A DNA stretch of 64,000 bases, taken from an uncultured Planctomycetaceae bacterium. Lineage in GTDB: Bacteria > Planctomycetota > Phycisphaerae > Sedimentisphaerales > UBA12454. The notes under the pieces were generated by a model. The model worked only from the letters and a program-made list of their open reading frames with translations. It was not told where the DNA came from and made no database searches. Of this stretch, positions 15,713-25,500 are shown in pieces. How positions within the stretch are numbered: the stretch's first letter is position 1; each line of letters starts with the position of its first letter. A program made the position numbers and the translations under genes. The DNA lies in NCBI GenBank assembly GCA_964449435.1, contig CAYUYR010000010.1, positions 3,064 to 67,063 of the forward strand. Direction: 5' to 3'.

Positions 15713-17239
15713 ATGGCAATAGAAATGTTAATCAATTTTGCCGAGGCGGCTGAGTGCCGGATAGCTGTTGTCGAAAACAACAGTCTTGAGGAGCTTTATA
15801 TCGAAAGGCCTTCGGTGGCGAGTCATGTCGGCAATATTTACAAGGGGAAAGTGGTAAATGTCGAGCCTGCGATACAGGCGGCGTTTATAGATTTCGGTAT
15901 GGGCAAAAACGGGTTTCTGCATATCAGCGACCTGCACCCGCGATACTTTATGCGCAAGGGGCAGGAATATACCGAGCACATCGGCAAGCGCAAATCGCTG
16001 CGGGAAAGGCCGCCCATTCAGCAGTGTATCAGAAAAGGTCAGGATATTATCGTACAGGTTACCAAAGAGGGCATGAACACCAAAGGGCCTACGCTTTCGA
16101 CGTACCTGTCGCTGCCGGGCAAATATCTTGTGATGATGCCGTGGATGCATAATCTCGGCGTTTCGCAGAAAATCGAAGACGAGCAGGAGAGGGCAAGGCT
16201 TAGGACGATTCTTGACGAGGTTCATCCTCCGGAAAAGGCCGGTTTCATACTTCGTACCGCAAGTCAGGGCTGTTCGAGAAGAGATATTCAGAAGGATATG
16301 GACTACATCGGCAGATTGTGGAAGGCGATTCAAAAACGAATAGATACGGTGCAGGCGCCGGCGGAGCTGTATCGCGAATCGGACCTTGTGATTCGCACAA
16401 TGCGGGATATTTTCAACAACAATATAAACAAAGTTATATGCGACAGCGAAAACGTCTGCCACAAAATCAGAGATTTCTTCCGGATAGTTCAGCCGAGGAT
16501 GATAAAACGCGTAACGTATCACGACGGCAAAGTGCCTCTGTTTCACAAATACCGGATAGAAGATGAAATTCGGAAGATTCATTCACGGAAAGTGGATTTG
16601 AAAAGCGGCGGGTCGGTCATTATCGAGCAGACCGAAGCGCTTGTAGCGATAGACGTCAACAGCGGCAAATATACCAAGCATGAAAACGCCGAACAGACCG
16701 CTTTGAGGATAAATACCGAGGCCGCCAGGGAAATCGCGCGCCAGTTAAGGCTTCGCGATATGGGCGGCCTGATTATCTGCGATTTTATCGATATGCGGGA
16801 CAGCAAAAACAGAAGAGAAGTCGAGAAGACTTTTAGAGCGGCTTTGGCGAGCGACAGGGCAAGAAGCAGGATATTGCGAATCAGCGCATTCGGAATTATC
16901 GAGATGACAAGACAGCGAATGCGGCCGAGTCTGCAGTCGAGCAATTATTTGGAATGTCCGTTCTGCACGGGAAGCGGAATGATAAAGAGTCCCGAATCGG
17001 CCGCGATAGAGGCGCTGAGAGCTTTGGGTATGGCGGCGTCGAAAAAGGAAGTTAAAAGGATAGAACTGGGAGTAGCGCCGTCAGTCGCTGATTTTCTGCT
17101 TAATAAACGCAGGGCGGCGATTGCGAAAATAGAAGTGAACGAGCAGAAGCAGATAATAATCCGTCCCGATGAAACTTGTCCTGCGGACAGATATAATGTA
17201 ATATGTTTCGATGAACGTGAAGGAATTGTGAAGATTTAG
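15713..17239 (+). CDS. rng: Ribonuclease G/E family endoribonuclease
   Basis: 508 aa with the S1 domain GNIYKGKVVNVEPAIQAAFIDFG and catalytic core AIDVNSGK...DFIDM. There is no RNase E scaffold tail. Confidence 0.93.
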   Translation: MAIEMLINFAEAAECRIAVVENNSLEELYIERPSVASHVGNIYKGKVVNVEPAIQAAFIDFGMGKNGFLHISDLHPRYFMRKGQEYTEHIGKRKSLRERPPIQQCIRKGQDIIVQVTKEGMNTKGPTLSTYLSLPGKYLVMMPWMHNLGVSQKIEDEQERARLRTILDEVHPPEKAGFILRTASQGCSRRDIQKDMDYIGRLWKAIQKRIDTVQAPAELYRESDLVIRTMRDIFNNNINKVICDSENVCHKIRDFFRIVQPRMIKRVTYHDGKVPLFHKYRIEDEIRKIHSRKVDLKSGGSVIIEQTEALVAIDVNSGKYTKHENAEQTALRINTEAAREIARQLRLRDMGGLIICDFIDMRDSKNRREVEKTFRAALASDRARSRILRISAFGIIEMTRQRMRPSLQSSNYLECPFCTGSGMIKSPESAAIEALRALGMAASKKEVKRIELGVAPSVADFLLNKRRAAIAKIEVNEQKQIIIRPDETCPADRYNVICFDEREGIVKI

Positions 17240-17272
17240 GAAGTGCTTTTCGGGTATTAACGGAGCGATTAA

Positions 17273-18250
17273 ATGATATTCGACCTTGAATACGCAAGGC
17301 AGGTAATAAACGCCGAAGCCAAAGGCGTGGCGAAAATGGCCGAACTTGTCGATAAGACCTTTGCCGCCGCGGCCCAGATTATTTATGACTGCAAAGGCGC
17401 CGTTATTGTTACGGGTATCGGAAAAGCGGGCATTGTCGGTCAAAAAATCAGCGCTACGCTCGCATCGACGGGAACGCCGAGCCATTTTCTTCATCCTGCC
17501 GAGGCGGTTCACGGCGATTTAGGCAGATTGCGAAAAGGCGATATCGTACTTGCGCTGAGCTATGGCGGAGAAACGGACGAAATTATCCGCCTGATAAACA
17601 TAGTCAAACAGCTCGAGGTAAAACTGATAGCGGTTACCGCCAATAAGGATTCGCGTCTTGCCGCGTACAGCGATATTGTTTTGTGTATGGGCCAGCTCGA
17701 CGAGGCCTGTCCGTTCGGCGTTGCGCCGAGCGTTTCGACTACCTGTATGCTTGCGATTGGCGATGCGCTTGCGCTTACGGTAATGAAAGCCAGGAATTTC
17801 AGCATTGAGGATTACGCCAGATTTCATCCGGCAGGTTCGCTGGGGCCCAAGCTAATCACGGTCGAGCAGTCGATGATGTTTAAAGCGGGAGAAAAACTGC
17901 CCATTGCGAAAATTACCGATACGGTCAAACAGCTTCTCGAAAAAAACAGCGAGGTAAAAAGACACGGAGCCGTGATGATTGTCGATGCAGTCGGAAAACT
18001 GGCGGGAATTGTTACGGACGCGGATTTGAGAAGACTTATGGCGAAAGACGGAGCTAAATTTTTTGATTATGCGGTAAAAGATATAATGACGGCCGATTGC
18101 AAGAGAATCAGGGCCAGCGCCCTTGCCGCCGAGGCGATGGCGATATTCCATAAGCACAGAATCGACGATTTGCCTGTTGTCGATGAGCAGGACAAACCCA
18201 TCGGCCTAATCGACGTACAGGATATTGTCGCGATAAAGATTGTAGGATAA
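17273..18250 (+). CDS. kdsD: Arabinose-5-phosphate isomerase (KpsF/GutQ family)
   Basis: 325 aa with the SIS domain GIGKAGIVGQKISATLASTG plus tandem CBS domains. Confidence 0.92.
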   Translation: MIFDLEYARQVINAEAKGVAKMAELVDKTFAAAAQIIYDCKGAVIVTGIGKAGIVGQKISATLASTGTPSHFLHPAEAVHGDLGRLRKGDIVLALSYGGETDEIIRLINIVKQLEVKLIAVTANKDSRLAAYSDIVLCMGQLDEACPFGVAPSVSTTCMLAIGDALALTVMKARNFSIEDYARFHPAGSLGPKLITVEQSMMFKAGEKLPIAKITDTVKQLLEKNSEVKRHGAVMIVDAVGKLAGIVTDADLRRLMAKDGAKFFDYAVKDIMTADCKRIRASALAAEAMAIFHKHRIDDLPVVDEQDKPIGLIDVQDIVAIKIVG

Positions 18251-18257
18251 CGGACAA

Positions 18258-18785
18258 ATGACACCGATAAGCAAGACGGACCTTAATCAGATAAAACTGC
18301 TGGCAATGGACGTTGACGGCGTTTTGACCGATGGGACGATAACGATAGGCTCCGACGGGTCGGAACATAAAACCTTTAATCTGCTCGACGGACACGGTAT
18401 AAGGATGTGGCGGAGAGCAGGCCTGAAAGCGGCGTTGATAAGCGGCAGAGAAAGCGCGGTAACGGCGCAGAGAGCCAAAGAAATGGAAATTGATTTTGTA
18501 TATCAGCCCTGTCAGCGAAAACTGGACTGCTTCGAGAAACTTCTTGCGGACTCGAAACTTGAGCCGAAAAACATCGCATATATCGGTGATGATGTGCTTG
18601 ATATCCCTATCGTAAAACGCATCGGCTTCGGTATCGCTGTGGCAAACGCGGTAGAGGAACTTAAAAGCGTATCCCATTATGTAACCTCGAGAACCGGCGG
18701 CAGCGGCGCTGTTAGGGAGGTTGTCGAGTATATCCTCAAGAACACCGGCCAATGGGCGGCCCTTATGGAACGTTATCTTGTTTGA
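18258..18785 (+). CDS. kdsC: 3-deoxy-D-manno-octulosonate 8-phosphate phosphatase
   Basis: 175 aa with HAD-IIIA motifs LLAMDVDGVLTDG and YIGDDVLD. Confidence 0.9.
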   Translation: MTPISKTDLNQIKLLAMDVDGVLTDGTITIGSDGSEHKTFNLLDGHGIRMWRRAGLKAALISGRESAVTAQRAKEMEIDFVYQPCQRKLDCFEKLLADSKLEPKNIAYIGDDVLDIPIVKRIGFGIAVANAVEELKSVSHYVTSRTGGSGAVREVVEYILKNTGQWAALMERYLV

Positions 18786-18803
18786 AATTAGACCGGCTGT
18801 ATT

Positions 18804-20945
18804 ATGATTCATAGCAGAAAATTCAAAATCTGGCTCACCTCGTTTCTTATCGTGCTGGTTGTCTTTCTGTTTTACAGAATATTCGGCAGCGTCGGCGTTA
18901 TAAGAATATCGAAGCCGGATTACGAGCTCGGCGATGCGAATGCGCTGCCGGGCGGCTCGCAGGCCGGACAGATAGGACAAGCGAAACTTGAGTATGTTGA
19001 ACGCGCACGTTTCGAAACAGTTGACCCAAAAACACGCAAACTCAGACGCGTTGTCGGTTTCGAGAAAGTGCTTCACAAAAGCGGCAACGAATGGGACCTC
19101 GACAAGCCTTATATGAACGTTTTTCAGGATAATCTTCGCTGCAATATCACCGCAAATACGGGTACGGTCGAACTCGAAAATGTCGAAGGCGGAGACCCTG
19201 CTCCGAAAACAGCTCTTTTAAAAGGCGATGTTCTGGTTCACGTTATTCCGGACGGAGAAAACCGTTCGGAAAGTTTTATCTATCTCAAAGATGTGGCTTT
19301 TGACAGCGACCGTTCGATGCTGTGGTCGAATAACGATGTTAATTTCGTCTCGGCCGATGCCGACCTGATGGGAAAAGGACTGGAAATCGTTTATAACAAC
19401 GCCACCAACAAACTCGAATATCTCAAAATAAAAAAGGTCGAATGCCTGAACATAAAAAGACTGGAACAACCGAGCGGCGAACCAAAACAGACGGCTTCTT
19501 CATTGTTGCAGACATCGCAGTCGCCCAAGCCTGAAAAAACTGCCGGCGTATCCGAACCTGCGGCAGTGAAAGAACCGGCTCAGCAAACACAGGATAAAGA
19601 AGAATATCAATGTTTGTTTAGAGATAATGTAATAATAGAATATAAAACCGAAGTGGTTCTTTCCGAAGAAATAGCCATAAAAAATCTTTTATGGTCGCAG
19701 AAAAATCAGCGAGACGAAAAACCCCAATCAGAACCCCAGCCGCAAGAAGATATGCCGCCGCCGTCATCACAGCCTAAACCGCAGGATACAGCAAAGCATC
19801 AGGAAAAGCCGCAGCCGCCGAAAGAATGGCGGCAAAGACCGGTTATAGCCACAGTCAAATGCGATGGGCCTATGATAGTAAAGCCTTTATTAACGAGCCT
19901 TTATGATGACTTTAAACCTGACAAATTCAGGGGGTTTTATCAGTTGAGCAGCAAGCTCTTTTATAAGCTTGGCCAGCGAAATGTGCTTATCGGCCAAAAA
20001 GTCGATTATGACGTTGCCAGCCAGACCGCAAGCGCAATCGGAGACGTGGAGCTTGTTTTTTATCCGCAGATAGAGACCGCAAAAGGCCGTAAAAAAGTGC
20101 CGTTCACTATAAGCGCAAAGGAAGGCGCACAATTTGTAGTGCCGGACAAGGTGGCGACTTTTAACGGCGATGTAAAAGGCAGATTTGTAAAGCAGACAGA
20201 ATATTACGATGAAGAAAACGTCTTTTACGGCAGCAAACTTATCGCCAACCTCACCGAACGGCAGGACAGCAAAGATGTTATGGCCGCAGGCGATATATCG
20301 CATATAACGGTTCTCGGGCCTGGTGTTCGGCTTGAATCGGTAAGAACATTCGAGAAGACAAAATTGAGCCACGTAAGGCTCAAATCAGAACGAATCGATT
20401 ATGACCGTGCTACGGAGGATATAGTTGCTTCCGGCAGAGGCAAAATCGAGTACGGCAATACCGTTAAACATCCCGGCAGAACCGCCGGCCAAAGGGCGCT
20501 GGACAAGCCCTGCTACGCATTGGTCGAAGGATTTACCGAACTTATCTGGAATACAAAAACGATGCATGTTCAGGCAACCAGCGAAGAGAGCGGCGGAATC
20601 CACATCGGCTATGTTCCTATTTTAGATAAAGGTTACGGACAAAGGGTTACAATCGATACCCGCCGGATTGATATAGATTATCACGAGCCGATAAAAGGCA
20701 GGGCCCAGCTTAAACGGCTCAAAGCGACGGGCGGAATAGTTTACTACGAACAGGGCAGATACGAATTCGCAGGCAAGGAATTGACCTATAACGCCGCCGA
20801 GGATTTTATGACGGTCTGGGGCAGCGAGGAGATGCCTTGTATGCTCAACGGCGTCTTTACCGAGGGAATCGAATACAATCTCAAGACAGGGGCGGCCAGC
20901 GCAGTTCTCAGCGGCGGGGTCGGAATTATGCCCGTCAGGGAATAA
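18804..20945 (+). CDS. Large membrane-anchored LptC/OstA-like protein with a Pro/Gln/Lys-rich linker
   Basis: 713 aa with an N-terminal TM helix (IWLTSFLIVLVVFLFYRIF). It occupies the position after kdsD-kdsC where lptC-lptA normally sit. Its beta-rich segments (ITANTGTVELE, LLKGDVLVHV) resemble the OstA/LptC fold. A low-complexity linker spans about residues 225-345. Confidence 0.5.
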   Translation: MIHSRKFKIWLTSFLIVLVVFLFYRIFGSVGVIRISKPDYELGDANALPGGSQAGQIGQAKLEYVERARFETVDPKTRKLRRVVGFEKVLHKSGNEWDLDKPYMNVFQDNLRCNITANTGTVELENVEGGDPAPKTALLKGDVLVHVIPDGENRSESFIYLKDVAFDSDRSMLWSNNDVNFVSADADLMGKGLEIVYNNATNKLEYLKIKKVECLNIKRLEQPSGEPKQTASSLLQTSQSPKPEKTAGVSEPAAVKEPAQQTQDKEEYQCLFRDNVIIEYKTEVVLSEEIAIKNLLWSQKNQRDEKPQSEPQPQEDMPPPSSQPKPQDTAKHQEKPQPPKEWRQRPVIATVKCDGPMIVKPLLTSLYDDFKPDKFRGFYQLSSKLFYKLGQRNVLIGQKVDYDVASQTASAIGDVELVFYPQIETAKGRKKVPFTISAKEGAQFVVPDKVATFNGDVKGRFVKQTEYYDEENVFYGSKLIANLTERQDSKDVMAAGDISHITVLGPGVRLESVRTFEKTKLSHVRLKSERIDYDRATEDIVASGRGKIEYGNTVKHPGRTAGQRALDKPCYALVEGFTELIWNTKTMHVQATSEESGGIHIGYVPILDKGYGQRVTIDTRRIDIDYHEPIKGRAQLKRLKATGGIVYYEQGRYEFAGKELTYNAAEDFMTVWGSEEMPCMLNGVFTEGIEYNLKTGAASAVLSGGVGIMPVRE

Positions 20946-20979
20946 TCTCTGTCTTGTTTATCTACAATGTGTTTTTGAG

Positions 20980-21007
20980 TTGACTTGTGTTTAAATTTAG
21001 CTAAACT
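20980..21007 (+). promoter_or_regulatory. Candidate sigma-70 promoter for etfB
   Basis: TTGACT (20980-20985), 16-nt spacer, TAAACT (21002-21007), about 43 nt upstream of the etfB TTG start. Confidence 0.35.
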
Positions 21008-21049
21008 ACCCCTCTTCAAACCATTGGATTCCTATATAAGGAGGTCAGA

Positions 21050-21961
21050 TTGGCTTATAATTGCGTAGTATCGATAAAACAGGTGCCTGATACCAAACGG
21101 ATTACAGGCGAAGCGATGAACGATGACGGCACGGTCAACAGAGGCTCTCTGCCGGCAATTTTCAATCCGGAAGACCTTAACGCACTCGAATTGGCGCTGG
21201 ATATAAAGGACAAATACGGCGGCAAAGTAACCGTTATCACTATGGGACTGCCTGCGGCAAGCGCAGTTTTGCGGGAATCTTTGTATCGTGGTGCGGACGA
21301 GGCGATTTTGATTACCGACAGAAGATGCGCAGCAAGCGATACACTGGCGACAAGCTATATATTGAGCTGTGCAGTCAAAAAATTAAACTGTGATATCGTG
21401 CTTTGCGGAAGACAGGCAATCGACGGCGACACGGCACAGGTCGGGCCGCAGCTTGCCGAAAAACTCGGTATCACTCAGATTACTTATGTCGAAGAGCTTA
21501 TAAGTCTTGAAAAAAAGATAATCACGACAAGACGCAATATCGGCAACGGCTGGCAGGAAGTAAAATGCAAGCTGCCGGTGCTGCTTACCGTTGTTGACGA
21601 GGCAAACGAGCCAAGAGTCTCGGTCGCGAAAAGACTGATGAAATACAAAAAGGCCAGAACTCCTGTTGAAGTTCAAATGCAGCTCAAGCAGGATAATCCT
21701 CACGCAAGCGATGAGGAGCTCAAAGAACTTTCGCAAACCAAGACGCAGGAGCTTGAGAAACAGGGTCTTCTTATAAAGCAGTGGGACCTTGATTATCTGG
21801 GCGCCGATTTGCAGTGGTGCGGCAGAGACGGCTCGCCGACGAAGGTACACCGCATTCAAAGCGTTATTCTGACCGCCCGCGAGAGCAAGACGGTCGAGCC
21901 GAGCGAGCAGTGCATCGCAGATATGGTTCACGAATTAATAAGCGACAAGACAATAAGTTAG
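21050..21961 (+). CDS. etfB: Electron transfer flavoprotein beta subunit (long form)
   Basis: 303 aa beginning MAYNCVVSIKQVPD, with GRQAIDGDTAQVG. TTG start with AAGGAGG 6 nt upstream. Confidence 0.92.
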   Translation: MAYNCVVSIKQVPDTKRITGEAMNDDGTVNRGSLPAIFNPEDLNALELALDIKDKYGGKVTVITMGLPAASAVLRESLYRGADEAILITDRRCAASDTLATSYILSCAVKKLNCDIVLCGRQAIDGDTAQVGPQLAEKLGITQITYVEELISLEKKIITTRRNIGNGWQEVKCKLPVLLTVVDEANEPRVSVAKRLMKYKKARTPVEVQMQLKQDNPHASDEELKELSQTKTQELEKQGLLIKQWDLDYLGADLQWCGRDGSPTKVHRIQSVILTARESKTVEPSEQCIADMVHELISDKTIS

Positions 21962-21975
21962 TTTCAGGATAATCT

Positions 21976-22998
21976 ATGATTTCAGTCAACAAAAAAGGTG
22001 AAGTATGGGTGTTCGCCGAACAGCACGGCGGCAAACTCGAAGATATCGGCCTTGAACTTTTGGGCAGGGCGAGGACGCTCGGCGATACGCTCGGCGTTAA
22101 GGTCGGAGCGGTTCTTATCGGCGATGAGGTCAAGGGCCTTGCGGAAAAGCTCTGCCATTACGGAGCGGACAAGGTTTATGTGCTTGGGCATCCGCTGCTG
22201 GAGCACTACCAGGCCAACAGCTACGCCAAAGTGATATACGACCTTATTCACAAGTACGAGCCGCAGATAATGATTTACGGCGCAAGCGCATGCGGCAGAG
22301 ACCTTGCCCCGCGTGTAGCGAGTGCGGCAAAGGCCGGTCTTACCGCTGACTGTACCGATTTGCAAATCGGCGACCATACGAATAAGGACGTGGTTCATAA
22401 GAATCTGCTCCTACAAATCAGGCCCGCTTTCGGCGGAAATATTATCGCGACGATTATCAATTACGACCGCTGGCCGCAGATGGCGACTGTTCGCGAAGGC
22501 GTTATGCCGATGCCGGAAGCGAACGGCACAAGGAAAGGCGAAATCGTCGTCGAAAAGGTACACCTGACCCAGGACGAGCTGCCGATAGAAATTCTTAATG
22601 AACATAAACGTGAAAAAAAGGTCAATCTCAAGGCATCGAGGATAGTCGTATCCGGCGGTGCGGGGGTAGGCAGCAAGGAAAACTTCCGGCTCATCTGGGA
22701 CCTTGCCAACTCGCTTGGCGCAGCGCCGGGAGCAACCAGAGCGGCTGTCGATTTGGGATTTATCGACAGGGACCATCAGGTAGGACAGACCGGCACGACG
22801 GTAAGGCCGAGTTTGTATATCGCGGTAGGAATAAGCGGAGCTATCCAGCATCAGGCAGGTATGGGAGAGAGCCAGAAGATTATCGCAATCAACAACGACC
22901 CGCAGGCCCCGATTTTTGATATTGCGCATTATAAAGTAATAGGCGACCTTAATGAAATCGTTCCGAAGATGATAAAAGCTATAAAGGCGAGAGTTTAA
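21976..22998 (+). CDS. etfA: Electron transfer flavoprotein alpha subunit
   Basis: 340 aa with the FAD-binding C-terminus GQTGTTVRPSLYIAVGISGAIQHQAGM. Confidence 0.93.
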   Translation: MISVNKKGEVWVFAEQHGGKLEDIGLELLGRARTLGDTLGVKVGAVLIGDEVKGLAEKLCHYGADKVYVLGHPLLEHYQANSYAKVIYDLIHKYEPQIMIYGASACGRDLAPRVASAAKAGLTADCTDLQIGDHTNKDVVHKNLLLQIRPAFGGNIIATIINYDRWPQMATVREGVMPMPEANGTRKGEIVVEKVHLTQDELPIEILNEHKREKKVNLKASRIVVSGGAGVGSKENFRLIWDLANSLGAAPGATRAAVDLGFIDRDHQVGQTGTTVRPSLYIAVGISGAIQHQAGMGESQKIIAINNDPQAPIFDIAHYKVIGDLNEIVPKMIKAIKARV

Positions 22999-23002
22999 AA
23001 AA

Positions 23003-24811
23003 ATGGCAAATTTCTACAAAGATAACGACGATATTCAGTTTTTGTTCAGGCATATGGATATGGCAGGCGCCGCCGAGCTTATAGAAGAGGGCTTCAAGTT
23101 CGCAAAGGACTTCGATTACGCTCCTGCTGATGCTGCCGAAGCAATCGAAAATTATGACCTTGTGCTTGATTCAATTGGCAAACTCAGCGGCGACTTTATC
23201 GCTCCGCGCAGCGAAGACATCGACAGACAGGGCAGCACGCTTAATGAAGACGGCACTGTCAGCTATGCCGACGGCATAAGGGAATCGCTCGATATGCTCG
23301 CCAAAGCACACGTGATGGGTTCCACCCTGCCGCACAGATTCAGCGGACTGAATTTTCCAAACCTTGCCCACTCAATCTCCATCGAAATAGTTTCTCGTGC
23401 TGACGCTTCGTTAATGAATCTTTTCGGCCTTCAGGGTATAGCAGAAACGATTAACGCGTTCGCATCGGAAGAAATAAAGCAAAAGTATCTGCACGATTTT
23501 GCGGCAGGAAAAATAACCGGCGCGATGGTTCTGACCGAACCGGACGCGGGAAGCGACCTGCAAAGCTGTAAATTAAGGGCTTTTCAGGATGACAGCGGCA
23601 ATTGGTACCTGCACGGCGTAAAGCGATTTATAACCAACGGCTGCGGCGAAGTGCTGCTGGTCCTTTCGAGAAGCGAGCCGGACAGAAGCGGCGGACTCGG
23701 TTTGAGTCTGTTCGTATGCGACAGGGGCCCGACGGTTCACGTCCGCAGAATTGAGGACAAACTCGGTATTCACGGTTCACCCACCTGCGAATTGTTCTTC
23801 GACAATACGCCCTGCGAACTGATTGGCGAAAGAAAACGCGGACTTGCTCCTTATGTTATGACTCTTATGAACGGAGCGAGACTTGGCATATCGGCTCAAG
23901 GACTCGGAATCGGAGAGGCCGCTTTCAGGGTTGCCAGAGATTACGCCGCCAGTAGAAAACAGTTCGGCGGGCCGATTGAAAAACTGCCCGCGGTTCGCGA
24001 TATGGTTATAGATATGAAAATCGATGTTGAGGCCGCCCGTGCGCTTCTTTACGAAACGAGCAGGGTGGTCGATTACGATGTAGGATATACGAAAAAACTC
24101 GAATTCGAGCCGCCTGCGGAAAAAGAAGAGCTTAAAAAACTCAAAGAGATTTCCAGACGATACGGACGATACGCGGGAATGCTTACGCCGATGACGAAGT
24201 ATTTGAGCTCGGAGATGTGCAATAGGGTCGCTTATAATTCGATACAGGTGCTCGGCGGCAGCGGATTTATGCGGGACTATCCGTGCGAAAGATACGCTCG
24301 CGACGCGAGAATTACGACGATATACGAAGGTACGAGCCAATTACAGGTTGTCGCTGCCGTCAGGGGTGTTTGCAGCGGAACATTGGGAAAATATATCGAA
24401 GAGCTTGCGGCTGGATACTACGAACCGCAGGTTAAGGATTTGCTGGATATTCTTAAACAAAACACAGAGACTTTGCTCAAGGCGGCGGCTTTCGTGAAGG
24501 AAACAGGCACAGATTATATGGACCTTTGCGGCAGGGCGCTTGTAGATTCAGCGATTTATATTATCGTAGGTTTCTTGTTCTGCGGCCAGGCGAGCAGTAA
24601 ATTCGATATGGAAATTGACACTGCCGACGGCAGGAACAACGGCAAGCCGCAGAAAGTAAGTATGAAGAAACGCAAGGAACTGCTTGCCAGGAGATATATA
24701 ACGAGGAATTCGCCGCTGATAAAGTCGCTTGTCGATATTATACACAGCGGCGATAAATCGACGTTCGAACAATACGAGACTCTTGCAGGACCGGTACCAC
24801 AGGAGAAATAG
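23003..24811 (+). CDS. Acyl-CoA dehydrogenase, long (about 600 aa) type
   Basis: 602 aa with TEPDAGSDL, FITNG and the catalytic region RITTIYEGTSQLQ, plus an extra C-terminal domain. Confidence 0.9.
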   Translation: MANFYKDNDDIQFLFRHMDMAGAAELIEEGFKFAKDFDYAPADAAEAIENYDLVLDSIGKLSGDFIAPRSEDIDRQGSTLNEDGTVSYADGIRESLDMLAKAHVMGSTLPHRFSGLNFPNLAHSISIEIVSRADASLMNLFGLQGIAETINAFASEEIKQKYLHDFAAGKITGAMVLTEPDAGSDLQSCKLRAFQDDSGNWYLHGVKRFITNGCGEVLLVLSRSEPDRSGGLGLSLFVCDRGPTVHVRRIEDKLGIHGSPTCELFFDNTPCELIGERKRGLAPYVMTLMNGARLGISAQGLGIGEAAFRVARDYAASRKQFGGPIEKLPAVRDMVIDMKIDVEAARALLYETSRVVDYDVGYTKKLEFEPPAEKEELKKLKEISRRYGRYAGMLTPMTKYLSSEMCNRVAYNSIQVLGGSGFMRDYPCERYARDARITTIYEGTSQLQVVAAVRGVCSGTLGKYIEELAAGYYEPQVKDLLDILKQNTETLLKAAAFVKETGTDYMDLCGRALVDSAIYIIVGFLFCGQASSKFDMEIDTADGRNNGKPQKVSMKKRKELLARRYITRNSPLIKSLVDIIHSGDKSTFEQYETLAGPVPQEK

Positions 24812-24816
24812 TAAGG

Positions 24817-25500
24817 GTGTTAAAGGCCGTAATATTCGATTTTGACGGAGTAATTTCGGATTCCGAACCGTGTCATTTCGCGGCGACAAACGAAGTGCTT
24901 AAGGATTTCGGCGCTCAAATCAGCAAAGAGCAGTATTACGCCGAGTATCTCGGCTTTACGGATTACGAACTTTTCGAAGCCGTTAGGGACAGACACAAAG
25001 CGGATTATAAAGATGTTTCCATCGCTCGGCTTGTTGAAAAAAAGGCAGCCGCTTTTGAAAAACTTATCAAACAAATCGACCATCTAATTGACGGTGTTGC
25101 GGAACTGATTGGACAGCTTAAAAATAACAAGATAAAAATCGCTATTAACTCCGGCGCCTGTCTTGCTGATATAAAAATTATGCTTGCCGGCTCATCCATT
25201 GAGAATTCTTTCGATGTTATTGTTTCCGCCGATGATGTTGAAAGGGGCAAGCCGCATCCAGAAGGCTATCTTACGGCTCTTGAAAAACTTAATGTAGTTT
25301 CTGGTTCGATGATTCAGGCCGGCCAATGTGTGGTTATCGAGGATTCACGATGGGGGATTATTTCCGCCAAAAAAGCGGGAATGAAAGTAATCGCTGTAAC
25401 CAACAGTTATCCTGCCGATGAGTTAAACGATGCAAATTTGGTGGTGGATTCCGTCAAACAGCTTAAAATCGGCGATTTGCAAAAACTGTGTTTAGCTTAA
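24817..25500 (+). CDS. HAD-superfamily hydrolase (beta-phosphoglucomutase-like subfamily IA)
   Basis: 227 aa with VIFDFDGVISDSEP and VIEDSRWGIISAKKAGMKVIAV. Its stop overlaps the convergent TetR gene stop. Confidence 0.85.
   Translation: MLKAVIFDFDGVISDSEPCHFAATNEVLKDFGAQISKEQYYAEYLGFTDYELFEAVRDRHKADYKDVSIARLVEKKAAAFEKLIKQIDHLIDGVAELIGQLKNNKIKIAINSGACLADIKIMLAGSSIENSFDVIVSADDVERGKPHPEGYLTALEKLNVVSGSMIQAGQCVVIEDSRWGIISAKKAGMKVIAVTNSYPADELNDANLVVDSVKQLKIGDLQKLCLA

Noticed and set aside
15728-16582. 284-aa minus-strand ORF inside rng
   Set aside because: It lies entirely antisense to a well-supported RNase G gene. It has no RBS or recognisable motif and a low-complexity R/P/F-rich composition typical of shadow ORFs.
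18108-19076. 322-aa minus-strand ORF spanning kdsD, kdsC and the LptC-like gene
   Set aside because: It runs antisense across three confidently called plus-strand genes and their junctions, and it is Arg-rich. It is a frame artefact.
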